Shown: positions 11,311 to 24,689 of the stretch, piece after piece | How positions within the stretch are numbered: the first letter of the stretch is position 1 | How the letters are laid out: every line of letters begins with the position of its first letter | Assembly (NCBI GenBank): GCA_030265395.1 | Contig: JARFYF010000071.1 | Coordinates: 5,250,689-5,314,688 of the forward strand | Source of the DNA: Rhina ancylostomus | Taxonomy: Eukaryota | DNA: 64,000 nt | Direction: 5' to 3' | Notes under the pieces: generated by a model | Seen by the model: only the letters and a program-made list of their open reading frames with translations | Databases searched by the model: none | Told to the model about the DNA's origin: nothing | Translations under genes and position numbers: made by a program

Positions 11311-13944
11311 AATTTGATGGCATTTCAATTAAGGTCAAATCAGTCAGCTTGGAAGCATTGTCAAACATATATACTCAGCAGGTCAGGCAGCATCAAAGAA
11401 TTATTGTTTTGGATGAGTTCAAACAGAAAACGCTAACCATTTTTTTGCCACAGATGCTGCCTGACCAGAATATTTCTGGCATTTCCAGCATCTGATGGGG
11501 GAACAATTCACTTTTGCTGGTATTCTCGTCCGGCACCAATGCCATCACAGTCACTTGTTTCCTCCTGTGTATCAAACAACAAGCTTAGGACTTGGACATG
11601 GGGATAGCATTCCTCAAGGGGAAGACCACAACCTCTAGCTAATTACTGAAGACCTAGTCAGGCTCATCCTGATGATTCACAGCACGCCATGACTGTGGAA
11701 TGTCACAGAGCGTTACAACTTCCTGTTATGATGTCATGGGCAAAGCTATTAGGAAACTGAGGTGATGGTAAGGTCAGGGATTTGTTTAAAAATGCCACCC
11801 ATAACAATTTATAACTCGCTATTAAAATCCTGCATGTATGCAGACATTTCCCATTACTGAAGTGTTAAGTCACACTTCTCAGAATTTTGCACAGGAATAA
11901 GCAGCACCAATTCATCCCCTTGAGCGTATCCTACCATTGATGAGATCATGCTGATCTGTTAATCACAGTTTCAGCTACACATCCCTTAATGCTCATTGCA
12001 AGGGAAAAATCTACTGATTACAGATTTAAAATAATTAATTAAGCTTGCATTGATTGCTTTCTCATGGGGAAAAGTTCTATACTTTTACATTGTTAGTCTG
12101 AAGAAGTTCCTTGTTGCTGGGTAGATATGCTGATTTTCTCACATTACTTCATATTACTTTTAATTTTCTCCAGACAAAGGAGGTTGTTCAGCCCATTGAC
12201 TCTGTGCTGGCTCGTAAGCAACCTCATCATCCATTCCCCCACTTATTTTGCTGTATCCTGTCCTCTCTCACATGCCTGTTAACTCCCCCTTGATTCTCCT
12301 TCCCACTCTACAGGAAATTAACATACTGTATGAATCAGCATGTTTTTGTGAAAGAAAATTGGAGCACCAGGGGAAACCCAGATAGTCACAAGGAGAACTT
12401 GGCAAACTTCACACAGACAGCAAGTATCTCCCAGTCTTAGATTCCCCACCACAAGAGAGTGTTTTTCTCCTCGATCAGCAATCTAAAAATTTCAAATCGG
12501 TTCACACTGTAATCTTCTATGTTCTGTACAATACAAAACAATATATAATCTGCTCTCTATAGCCTGGTACCATCTTGGTAAAGTGAACCACACTGAGGCA
12601 GCACATCCTAACGTGAATACTCAGAGCCCCGCACAGTACTCCTCCAGTCATCTATCCAGGGCCATTTAAACAGGCTGCATTGGTCCCTTTGTCAAGGAGC
12701 TTTGTCCATTCGAAGTGGACGTGGGCACTGGCCTGCACCTGTCCCAAGATCATCTGCAGACCTGGTGGTTTAGAACTGCCAATCCTGCATATAACAAGAT
12801 TCCACAAACAACAATATCATGGACCAGGGTACCCATACCCTGCTGTACTCCCACATTTATTAGTTTTTTTACTGTTTAATTTCTGTTTTTCTGTTCTTCC
12901 TCATATTTTCTTACATTACACTGCCATTTCTAGCCCACCACTTAACCCTGTACATCTTTGTAGAATCTCTGCACCCTCTTCAGCTCACTTTTCCTTCTAC
13001 CTTTGTATCATTGGAAAATCTACATACATTATAATCATACAGCACAGAAACAGGCCTGTCTATCCATGTTGTCCATCAAGTACCCACCTTTACTAATCCT
13101 ATTTACCAGCATATTACCCTCTGTCTTTTCTCTTAAGTTATTAACTTGTGAGTGGCAGAGAACACAGCACTCATGCCTGTGGCACCCAGCTAGTAAAATG
13201 AAGGATTAATTTATTTCCATGATTTGTTTTATATCCTTTATACCATTCTGCAAACTACAATATTACCCCCATGCCCATAAGTCATAGAACTTTTAAAATT
13301 GCCTCTTTAACCAAGTCTTTGCTGAACTGCTCTAGTATCTTTGAGGCTTTCTGTCAAAATCTACACCAATGAAGTCCCTTGTGACATTTTATTAAGTTAA
13401 AGGAACTTCATTGTCATTCAATGTGAGAGAGTTGCAGGGGCTGACCAGAAGGGTGTGCCATTGAGTCAGGTTTTGAAACCTCTCTCCACTTCCTCAAAAT
13501 AAGAACAAGGCTTTTCAAGGGCTATTTCTACTCATCAGAACCTCCCAAAGGCAAATTTCAACAACATAGGTACATGTTTGCAGCACAGTGATCCAGAATC
13601 TTTACACTCATTTATTATGATGCAGAAGGAAATCACACTGGCTCCCAGGGAAACAATTCTAGTTCTGTTTCTGCTTTATTTCCCTGTACTCCTGCAACCT
13701 ATTCTCTCTTGCAAACGCATCAACTCCCTTTTGATTCCTTTGCCTCCTGTTGGGATAATTTCCAGTAGCTAGCAGCTCATCTTGGGGATGTGGTAGGAAA
13801 TTGAAGCACTGGGATTGCACCAATTGCACACGGTTATGGGAAAAACATGCAAACTCCACCCAAGTAGCATGTGGAATCAGATATGAACCTGGGTCCCTAG
13901 AGATGTGAGGCAACAACACTAACTGCTATGCCACTCTGTGCTGC

Positions 13945-15560
13945 TGCTGTCCTTAAGCAGCACCTCAGGGTTGAGGATGACTTGCTTCTACCCAAGTTCT
14001 GAGGTGACTGATGGGAACCACAGACTCTAATACAGACATAGCTGTACATGCTTGTTGAGATGGGTGAGTGAATAGCTTGTGAAGTCGTGTGCTCCTTTTG
14101 CTGAGTGTCTGTACTCCTGATGTACAAACTTGAGTTCTCAGTGCCATCCCAAATATTCATCCTCCATTTTAAGTGGCTGAGCCTTGGATTTCCACCAGTT
14201 GATGCCAGGTATTATACATTTTCAACAAAGCTTTGCGAATATCGTTGACACTGGGGATGTTGGCCCTGGCGAGGACAGTTCACTTATCCCGCCAATGGAT
14301 TCGGAGGAGTTTTTGGAGACAGCATTGGTAAGCATCTCCCCAGTGATTTGAGATGCCCGCTGTGGTAGTCCACATTTCAGAAGCGTACAGGGATAAAAGA
14401 AAACTGCTGGAGGAAGTCAGTAGGTCTCAACCCGAAACATCAACTGTCCATTCCCCTCCACAGATCCTGCCTGACTCGCTGAGTTCCTCCAGCAGTTTGT
14501 ATTTTGCTCCAAATTCCAGCATCTGTAGTCTCTTATGTCTGCAGGGGGACAGGAATCACTTCCTCCCAGTTTTGTGCTGGGTTTCACTCTTTTCCTCAGA
14601 TGGCCAAAGGCTGTGATGGTTCACGGAGGGAAATGGTGAATTTTTATCGTCAATGCCTGACTTTGTTGAAGGTAATTCCTGAGATACGAGAAGTGGTCCA
14701 TGTTTTCCAGGGTCTTGTTGTTAAATTTTATTGTCGGGGGCTATGATGCACAGCAGGGATTAGTTGGTAAAAAGCCTGTGTTTAGCAGATCTTAAGTGTA
14801 TTCTCACCAATACTTCACTGAACAAGTCAACAGTAACTTGCTCAGCCTCTGAACTTGTGCACGTGCAGGTGCTGTCTGTGTACTGTAGCTCGATAACTGA
14901 CATTGGGATGGCCTTTCCCAGTTCTGACTTTGTTTCAGGAGCAGATATCATAGGTTGAACAGTTGCCCATTTGCCTTGCATAAGGAAGACTCTCCAGGAA
15001 GCTTGTTGGAGGTGAGATGCAGCATTGTGGTGAGAGAGGTGATGATGCAGCCTTGTTTAACAGCAGACTGCACTGTGGCTGGATCTGAGTGGACTCATTG
15101 ACTAATGTCACAGCTTGTAGGCCATCGTTATGATGTTAGATGGAGATGAATTTCTGTGAACAGCCAAGTTTGGGAATGATACTCCAGTCCCTCTGGATAT
15201 CATTTTTGTGAGGTCAAAGAAGGGCAAGTATTGTGGTCGATGCTACTCCCAAAATTTCTCTTGGAATTGCTACGTAGTGAAGACTGTGTTTTGTGCCTCT
15301 GGAAAAATACAATCCTCAGTACAATTTGGGAGCAGCTCTTTGGCCATCAGGAGGAGGTAGTGAGAAGGACTCTGGTGACGACTTTCCTTAGAGACCTCTA
15401 TATAATTAATACATTTGAACTTGTCTCCTTTCTTGAAGATGATCATGATTACAACATCATTGGGATNNNNNNNNNNGTTGTGAGCTTGTGACTGAAGTTC
15501 CCCTCCATCTTTTGGAATCAGAGCAGGCATATCATCTGCTCCTTGTTTTTCAGTGTGGCA
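13945..15560 (-). mobile_element. RTE-clade LINE remnant (RT domain and 3' end)
   Basis: Decayed frames: GADDMPA..IIFKKGDK, VIELQYTDSTC (YADD-like) and terminal ISHLRT; many stops. Confidence 0.72.
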
Positions 15561-16384
15561 CAGACGTGGCAAACAGAATATCAGCAAGGATGGAATATTG
15601 AAAGCTAACTCCTAATGACATGCTTGGAGAATAGTGTTGTCATAGCCAACACTGCTTTTCAGCAGGGACTCAAGCACCTGACCTCCCGGCACTGTTAGAT
15701 TATTTTATCTAAGCAAGAGACCACAGGCTTGTCAACATCACCCATACCATGACAGATATGGACTACGAATGGACTGATTACTGCCTAATCTGTGGTTATC
15801 TCCATCAACCTGGACCAAGACAGTGGTGGCAGCAGAAGCACTGCTGCAAGAAAATATGACAACTCTGCATTTCAAAGCTGTTACATTTTTGCTCTCTTTC
15901 TGTCTAATTGTCTTTATTAACCTATCAACCAGACAGATTCATCAATAGGTTATCACTGTAGCAACCCTGGCCTCACCTTATCAGAGATGTTCCCTTTGCC
16001 CAATGATCCCTACGACACCCCACCCCCTCTGTAACTGAAAACCAACTTACTTTTTCTCTTTTCCAGTTCTGACAGAGGATCTTCGACCCAAAACATTAAA
16101 TCTATTTCTCTTTCCACAGATACTGTCTGACCTGAGCATTTCCAACATTTTCTGTTTCATTTGCAATAAAGAAATCAATGTCTTAAGTACCCTGTAAAGA
16201 TAGCTCTTCTCAAATCAGTGCCTCACAGATGACTTGACCACCCCAGAGAGTGTCCACAGCACCTGGGACTGGCCTGGACACCTTAATCAGCACCTGAGAA
16301 GGGACCCTGGACTTCTCACCAGGAAAAGCCTGAGTTGGTTTGATGAGAATGATTAGGAAATCCAGGAGCTAGTTGACCACAAAA
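15560..16384 (+). mobile_element. RTE LINE upstream segment (endonuclease C-terminus and linker) in the opposite orientation
   Basis: VIANTAFQQ.., WTDY.LI and WFDEND.EIQEL-like reading fragments. Confidence 0.55.
15880..16165 (+). mobile_element. Penelope-like 3' UTR/LTR fragment inserted in an RTE LINE
   Basis: Pyrimidine-rich tract followed by ccagttctgac..gacccaaaac..ccacagatactgtctgacctg motif shared with the other LTR pieces. Confidence 0.55.
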
Positions 16385-18180
16385 GAAATAATGGACTGCA
16401 GATGCTGAAATCTAGACGAAAAACACTGTGATTCTGGGGAAACTCAGCATCCGTAAAGAAAAGCAGGTAGTCAACGTTTAGGGTCAGTGCTGGATATCTC
16501 AACAGTTTCATAAATTTCGCCACTAATTTTCACCCTGCTCTCCAATTCACTTGGACTTTCTCTGACACCTCCCTCAATCTTTCCGTCTCCATCTCAGGAG
16601 ATTCCTTATCCACCAATATCTTCTACAAACCCACCGACTCCCACAGCTACCTCGATTACAGCTCCCCCCACCCTGTCTCTTGCAAGGACGCTCTCCCCTT
16701 TTTCTCGATTTTCCTGCCTCCGCCACATCTGCTCCCATATGAGGCTTTCCACTCCAGGACATCAGAGATGTCCAACTTGTTTTCTAACCAGGGCTTCCCC
16801 CTGACTGTCGATAGAGCTCCACCCATATCTCTGCCATTTCCAGCCCCTCCGCTCTCGCACCCGCCCCTCCGCTCTCGCACCCACCCCTCCCAGAGATAGG
16901 GAACCCCCTTGTCCTCACATTTTATCCCACCAGCTCATGTATCCTACACATCAGTCTCCACCACCTCAAACAGGACCCCATTATCAAGCATATCTTCTGC
17001 TCTTCCACCCCTTTCTGCTTTTCACAGGGACCATTCTCTCTACAAGTCCCTAGTTCACTCCTCACCCTTCCCCCCACCCATCCCACTCCCACCCCAGGAA
17101 CTTTCCACTGCCCCCACCATAAGTGCAACACTTGCCCCTACACCATCTCCATTACTTCCATCCAGGGACCCAGTCCTTTCAGGTGAGACAGAGATTCACC
17201 TGCACCTCCCTTAATATCATCTACCGCATTCGGTGCTCCAAGTGTGGCCTCCTCTACATTGGTGAGATCAATCGCAGACCAGGTGACTGTTTCGCAGAAC
17301 ACCTGCATTCGGTCCACCACCACGATCTGCATCTCCCTGTTGCCAGTTACTTCAACTCCCCTCCCCACACTATCACGGATATGACAGTCCTCGGCCTCCT
17401 CCGCTGCCGGGAGAATTCCAAGCACAAACTGGAGGAAAAGCATTTTCCGTCTTGGAATCTTNNNNNNNNNNNNNNNNNNNNNNNNNNNNNNNNNNNNNNN
17501 NNNNNNNNNNNNNNNNNNNNNNNNNNNNNNNNNNNNNNNNNNNNNNNNNNNNNNNNNNNNNNNNNNNNNNNNNNNNNNNNNNNNNNNNNNNNNNNNNNNN
17601 NNNNNNNNNNNNNNNNNNNNNNNNNNNNNNNNNNNNNNNNNNNNNNNNNNNNNNNNNNNNNNNNNNNNNNNNNNNNNNNNNNNNNNNNNNNNNNNNNNNN
17701 NNNNNNNNNNNNNNNNNNNNNNNNNNNNNNNNNNNNNNNNNNNNNNNNNNNNNNNNNNNNNNNNNNNNNNNNNNNNNNNNNNNNNNNNNNNNNNNNNNNN
17801 NNNNNNNNNNNNNNNNNNNNNNNNNNNNNNNNNNNNNNNNNNNNNNNNNNNNNNNNNNNNNNNNNNNNNNNNNNNNNNNNNNNNNNNNNNNNNNNNNNNN
17901 NNNNNNNNNNNNNNNNNNNNNNNNNNNNNNNNNNNNNNNNNNNNNNNNNNNNNNNNNNNNNNNNNNNNNNNNNCTGCTGCCAAGCACCCATCTTGGATTC
18001 TGAGAATTCCAAGTGCAAACTGGAGGAACAGCACCTCATTTTCTGTCTTGGAACCTTGCAGCCTAACGGCATGAAGATTGAATTCTCCCACTTTAAGTAA
18101 TCCCCACCCTACTTCACCACCCCCACCCATGCTTTTTCTCTTCTTCCCTTTCCTAGCCTCTCTACTTTTTTCTACCACAA
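16385..18180 (+). mobile_element. Penelope-like retroelement fragment (RT C-terminus and GIY-YIG endonuclease) with an inverted LTR piece at its 5' end
   Basis: Decayed frames read NFHPALQFTW..STNIFYKPTDSHSYLDY and FTCTSLNIIYRIRCSKCGLLYIGE..FAEHL..LEEQHLIFCLGTLQPNGMKIEFSHF; frameshifted and spans an N gap. Confidence 0.88.
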
Positions 18181-21009
18181 TATCCACACAGTATGCTGTG
18201 CAACTTTAATAGGTCACATACATTTCCATCATCAGAATATTATCTGGCAGGTTACAAGCCTTAACCTTATACACATCTGTCAAACTGCATTAAAGATGCA
18301 AAAATAATCTTAACTTTCTGAAGTGAAAATATATCACCTGGCACAAGAAAATTTCCCTCCACCAAAGAAAACACTCTTAAGGCTTATGAGAGTGAACCCA
18401 CAGCTTCGAGCAATGGCATGGATGTTAGTTAGTAATCTGAAGGGTATCGCAGATGTTTGATGCCAAAATTGCAGTTACCAAGGTTGAGGCATTTACAAAG
18501 GCACACACCAGTCTTAAAGGGACAGCATGGTACTTTAAAGGGGCAGTGTAGTGTGTTTAGTCATGCTTGCTGCATTTCTGTGGTGTAAGAAATCATACAG
18601 CAGAGAAACAGGCCCTTTGGCTCACCAAATCCCCACTGAGCACCAAGCACACATTACCCTAATCCCATTTTAATCCCCCACACTTCTCTTAAACACGCCG
18701 CATATTCTACCACTCCCCTACACACTAGAGGCAATTTATGGTGGACACTTAACCTACCAACTAGTAGATCTTTGGGAATGAGGGAGGAAACCAGAGCACC
18801 AGGGGAAACCCATGTGGTCATAGAGGGAATGAGAAAACCCCACACAGCAGCAAGTTCAGGATTGAACTGTGAGTAGCTGGTGCTCTGAGGCAGCAGCTTT
18901 ACTAGCTATTGCCATCCAATTCAGGATTGGTGCCAAAGGGTTCACAATTCCACCCCCCCCCCCCATCACAAGNNNNNNNNNNNNNNNNNNNNNNNNNNNN
19001 NNNNNNNNNNNNNNNNNNNNNNNNNNNNNNNNNNNNNNNNNNNNNNNNNNNNNNNNNNNNNNNNNNNNNNNNCACAAGACCCACCTTCCCCCTCCCCCCC
19101 CCACAACTACACTAAAACTCTGTGCCTAGGGGGGATTTCGCTGAACAAGGTGAATCTCCTTGTGATGGTGGCATAGCTGCCTTCAAAGCAGTTGCCTGAG
19201 TAAGTGGAGACCAGCGGCACACTAGTAGAGCTGCTGCCTCACGGAACTTGCTGCTGATGGGTGCTTGGTGCTCAGTGAGGACTTGGTGAGCCAAAGGGCC
19301 TGTTTCTGTGCTGTATGACTCCTTACTCTAGATATGCCGCAAAAATGCAGCAAGCTGGACAGAACACACTACACTGCCCCTTTAATCTACCTTGCAAAAT
19401 CTGAGAAAAATTACTGTACTCTCATTTTGGTTCTGCTTTGAGATTGAGAATTAAAATAATAAACCCAACTCTTGCCTTTGTGGCATAACTTCCTGTTCCC
19501 CTTGTTACCTAACTTCCTGTTTCTTCCCACACAGGCCTTTACCAAATTTATTATACATGTGACATATTTATTAAATGCTTGAATTTCTAAAGTTCACTAT
19601 TTATAAGTATTTTCATAAAGTTATAAGTTTTTTTTATTTAATATGAGGAAACATGAAGGAGGTGATGCAAGACAGCACAATTCAGTCATAAACACAAACA
19701 AGCAGCACTTTTTACTCTAGCTTTCCACATTAGTCTCTGTCCAATCTCCATCTCAGGAGACACCCAATCTTGCTGGATGAAGCAGTGATTTGTCCAGCCC
19801 TATCCTGCCAACACCCAGCAACCTCTCCACCCCCACCCCTGAAAAGGGATTGGAGAGCAATAGGAACCACCCCAACTAATCCTTTGTGTCTGTATGTCAG
19901 GGGTGCTGAAGCCACCTTCTGCCTCCTGTAGCAACCCCAGAGGGGATTAGTGATCCCAACTGCAACCAGCAACATCAGCACTCTCCTGGATCAGGATTAG
20001 ACCTGGGCAACAGCCTACCCATGTATGTGCAGAAGGAACTGAACTAAACATACTTCTGTGAGCAGCAAAGGATTACATGGCTGGTGAACCAAGTACAGGA
20101 TGATACACAATGGCAAGTGACAAGGTTGTCCACAGAACTGCTGTGATTCTGGAAACTTAGCACAAGTGGTTCCCTGTCTCCTGAAGTATTTCAGCCAGAC
20201 ATCCTCGATCTGAATGTTTTTTGGCCTGAAATGTCAGTTTTGTGTCCACAATGTCACTTGCCGTGGGAGGTCCCAAGCCTGAGGACTTTGACCTGGTTGA
20301 GAGTATCCTCCAAGTGAGGCTCGGCTGGTGAGGACTGGCCTAGCTATTGGTCTTGGCATTCAGGTTGCAGATCCAGAGTTTAACCATCTAGTGTGTGTTT
20401 GCTTATGAATTCAGACATTTGCCTCCAAGAGGGGTGGGATGGGTAAGTCAGGTCGTGACCAGAAAGGTTACTTTTACATAACGGGAATATGCCTGACCTT
20501 TTCCAGACATGGATTTGGTGGAGTTACATCGGGCTTGGGTTCAGTCGATTTAGCGATGAGGTGGGGAATGGGATTATGTTAGTTTCAGTTGAATTGTGTG
20601 TTGGATTAGCTGGATAGTGTTGCCCAGACCTATCTTTGGGCTTGCAATGCGTTGTGCTGTGTAGGTGGCCGTATTTAGATTTATTTCATTTGTGTTGGGC
20701 CATACTGGCTTGTATTGCATGATTTGGGGTTTCGGTTGTGTTGATTTAAATTGGATACTAGGGTTAGGTTAGGTGGTCTGAGGTTTGGTTTGAATTATAC
20801 TAGGGTTGGGTTAAGTGTTAGGTTAAACTCACAAATTAGGTTGGATTGGGTTAGGGTTAGGATTAGGATTGTATTAAAGTGGATTAGGTGGTCCTGTGTT
20901 TGGTTTTTGACTGGGATACACAGTCCTGGTTGTTCCACAGTGGGTTAGCTTAGATAGACCTAGGTTTAGATCCACAACCCTCTAACAAGAAAGGTTCTCA
21001 GTGACTACA

Positions 21010-21680
21010 CGGATGAAACTTGCCATTGCGTTTGATGCACTAACACACCCTTTGGTTGACTGAAGAAAAGGGTGCTTGAAGGTCACGACCTCAAACCTGA
21101 AACAACGTTTGTGGTCTATCTGGCAGTAGGAATTTCAGCCTCTGACACCGGGCTCTGGCCATTGGAAAGATGCCACCAATACTACCTCTACAAAATAATC
21201 TAAATCCACAGGATGGATAAGCAAATCAATGTCAATGATCTCTCCCAGGTCAACATCTCAGCAGTGAGGCTCTGATTACTCTCACAGCTCCTATGGGCAG
21301 ACCACATTATTTGCACACCCAACAAATGACTTCCAAAGCAGGCACTCTATTCCAATATTTGTCACAGGAAGAGATTACCATGCAGACCTAGGAAAAGATT
21401 CAAGGATGCCTTCAAATCCTCCTTCCAAAAAAAATGCAAATACCCCTCAGAATCCCTGGCCCATAACCACTGAAAGTAGAGAAGGTGCATTCTGGATGGT
21501 ATTGAGAATCTTGAGCCCACATATTAAGAACACACAGAGGTTTGATGTAAACAGTGAAAGAAGCTGTTAGACACCTCCTGTCCCTTCTATGAAAGTGTCT
21601 ATATTGACATCTTTAGTCACCTCAGAATGGACAGAAATGGATGAAAGCAAGTCATCCCTGATCCCAAGGGACAGATTGCA
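21010..21680 (+). mobile_element. RTE-clade LINE 3' fragment
   Basis: LPKQALYS..RKRFKD-like remnants; ends with gtcacctcagaa..agcaagtcatcc, matching the reverse complement of 13970-14010. Confidence 0.68.
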
Positions 21681-22705
21681 AAGAAAGGTTCAGTGAATTG
21701 GTCCTGAATTAGGTTGCGAAGGGTTTCTATATTTTCTTTTAACATAGAAAAGAGCCATTTTGGCCCATCTGGATGACACAGTAGTACAGCTGCTTGAGCC
21801 ACTGCCTCACAGCTCCAAGAATCTGGTTCACTACTGACCTCAGGTGCTGTCTGTGTCGAGTCTGCATGTTCTCCCTCTGACCATCTCAGTTTCTCTGGCT
21901 GTTTCTGTTTCCTCCCACATCCCAACGACATGCAGATTGGTAGGTTAATTGGTCACTGTAAATTTCCCCTGGTGTGTATGTGAGTGGTAGAAATTGGGGA
22001 GAGTTGTTGGGCATGACGGGAGAATAAAATAGGATTAGGTTGGGTAGGTGGTTGATGTTCGGCATGGACTCAGTGAATCAAAGGGCTGGTTTCCATACTG
22101 CATGACTCAAAAGTTTATGCCAGATCATCGAGCAATCCCATTCCCTCACCAAGATTCCCCAGAACCTGTTCTCCCCACATTCTCATCAACTCTCCTGTGA
22201 TCCTTGAATTAGAACAATAAACAAACTGCTGGAGGAACTCAGTGGGCCAATAGGCATCTGTGGAGGCAGAGGGATGGCTGACATTTCAGGTCCAGACCCT
22301 GCACCGGGACTGAGAGTGGTAGAGTGGAGATAGCCAGTACAAAGAAGTGAGGGAGAGGGGTGAGGCAGGGGCTGGCAGATGATAGGTGGAACCAGACGAG
22401 GAGGAAGACAATGGGCAGATGGAGGTGGTCTCAAGTTTGGTTGGGTTGATGTGTACTGCAGTTGGAATAGGATGTACTGGGATTGAGTTTGGGTTGAGTT
22501 GTAGTGGAGTTGTGTCTGGTGGTCCTGGGATTGAGTTAGGTCAAATTGTACCAAGGCTAGGTTAGGTTGGAATGTACTGGGGCCAGGTTAGATGGTTCGT
22601 TGTTTTGACAGGGTTTGTAGTGAGGAAGCACGCGGGGTCCCACCAGAGGCAGAAGCTGTATTAGGCAACAGACTGATGATGATATGCACTTCTTCCCACA
22701 CTTAC

Positions 22706-23288
22706 CTCCAGCCGATGGACAATCTCAGTGATGTCATCTGGCTGACTATCCAGAGTCCTGACAGCCACACACTCGCCTTGCTCGTAATAAATGATAATGC
22801 TCCCTGCAGTCAATGTCCAACCAATCACATCCCGGCAGGAGCAATTCAACACAACCCTCTGTAGCTTCTGATCCAACAGGACAACAAACTCATTGGAGAT
22901 TCCCAGAATGCAGTCAGTGTCATCGAGGCTATGGACCCAGTGAGCAGTGACAGTCCAAACCAGGGCGCCAGCACTGTGTAGCTCGGGGGCCCGGCTCCCC
23001 CGAGGCCGCTCCTTTTTCTTGGTGGGAAGGGAGATGATGGCGGCCAGCTTGGAGGAGGAGGAGTCCACTGTGGCAGTGGTGACGTGGTTGTCCGCGAGGT
23101 CCTTCAGATATTCCTGCCGTGTACGGATGGCCATGGCATGAAACTTCTCTGACTTCTCAGCTGCATTCTCGGCATTGACCACTTTGGCCAGCAGGAACTC
23201 ACGGAAGGTGGAAGATTTAGGGAAGACTGCTCCCTTCTGGAAGAAGGGCCCAAATTCAGGAATGTCCTTGGAACAGGTGACAGCAACA
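22706..23288 (-). CDS. SIPA1: SIPA1 coding exon 7 (end of RapGAP domain and linker: SVAVTCSKDIPEFGP...EIVHRLE)
   Basis: FREFLLAKVVNAENAA, MAIRTRQEYLKDLA and NCSCRDVIGWT motifs; 583 nt, phase 2 to 0; GAG|GTAAG donor. Confidence 0.96.
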
Positions 23289-23666
23289 CTGGAAAAGGAA
23301 GGAAAGATCATGGATGCCCAAGCTCTTCAGGATGCCCAGAAGCAGGAACATGATAACAACCAAATCAATTGTTGACCGAGGAATTAGTGACAGCCAGGAT
23401 TCTCTAACACTGGTTGGGACAGTGGCCATGAGATCTTTTGCAGTAAAGTGGGAGATGCCCCCCACATACTGTCTAATACAGTGTGGCCCTCCCTCGGCAC
23501 AGCAGCCCTCCCTCGGCACAGCAATCCCTCAGAACTGCCTCTGTGACACTGGCACTCCTTTGATACTGCTCCTCCTACAGGCAATAGTTACTCCAACAGG
23601 GCTGCATACCCTCTGTACCGCACCTGGGGCAGAAGCACTAGGATCAACAGAGCTGTAGTTACTGAC

Positions 23667-23824
23667 CTGTAGGAGACCTGCTCGGTGCAAGGGTTGTGGA
23701 CCTGTACAACGAGGAAGACATGCTGAAAGTGAGATCGGATCGTTTTTGGTGTGAAGGGATCAGCTCCGGTCTCTTGGAAGACGATTGTCACAATATCATT
23801 GCCAATGTGACGCTTTCGTAGAAG
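23667..23824 (-). CDS. SIPA1: SIPA1 coding exon 6, RapGAP catalytic motif ([18 protein letters not shown]...SHFQHVF)
   Basis: Intact KRHIGND Asn-thumb motif; 158 nt, phase 0 to 2; GT-AG boundaries. Confidence 0.97.
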
Positions 23825-24689
23825 CTGGAAACACAAAGAGGGAACCAACAGAGGCATGAGATACACCTTCCTTAATGTATAAATTAACTTGCATTGTAAA
23901 ACCTTAGCACGTTGGAACTTTATTCCCTATTCTGAGACTCTGATATACCTGGCTGAGCTGCTGGTGTAGACACAAGCTATACAGTGTGTCCACAATGTTT
24001 ACATTGCATTGTGCTGGCTTCTCTGGGGCTTCTACATGGCCCTGGGTTTGTTGTGTTGTTTTATACCATTTCATACTAAGGTTAGGTTTAATTTGGTTAG
24101 CTCAAGTCGTACTGGAGTTGGGATTAGTGTTCCTATGTTAGGATAGGTTGTGTTGTACTGTTCTTATCTAAAACTTAGTTAAACCACCAAAAAAAAAAGT
24201 AAATTAAAATATCGCCCTTTTGTCAGGATACATTCCAGTCTCTGCAGTGTCCACCAGTCACAGAAGGCCTCCACCAACTCCCTCTCTGTGCTCTCCCTAC
24301 TCTGGGAATGTTTGATGGGACATTGTAGAGAGTTTACTGTGTGTAACTCATGCTGAACCTGCCCTGGGACTATTCAATCCTAACACCATGAAGTGCTTTA
24401 TATAATTACCACCAGTTAGCTCTGACGTATACTGGAGCAATATTAGGAGCAGGAGTAGGCCAGACAGCCCTTCGAGCCTGCCCTGGCTGATCGTGCAAGT
24501 TCAGTATAAAAACAGAACATGCTGTAAACTCTCAATGCAGCATCTGTGGGAAGAAAAACGGTTAATGTTTCATTTCCAGGACTCTTCATTGATTCTAGAC
24601 CTGAAATGTAAACCCTTTCCCTTTCTACAGATGCTGCCTCAACCTACTGAATGTTGCCAGCATGTTCCAGTTATATTTCAGTTCTTCAT

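Noticed and set aside
18535-19384. Kolobok/T2 MITE suggested by TTAA-AGGGG...CCCCT-TTAA
   Set aside because: The inverted similarity continues outside the TTAA and inward into SINE tails, fitting an inverted duplication better; not fully excluded.
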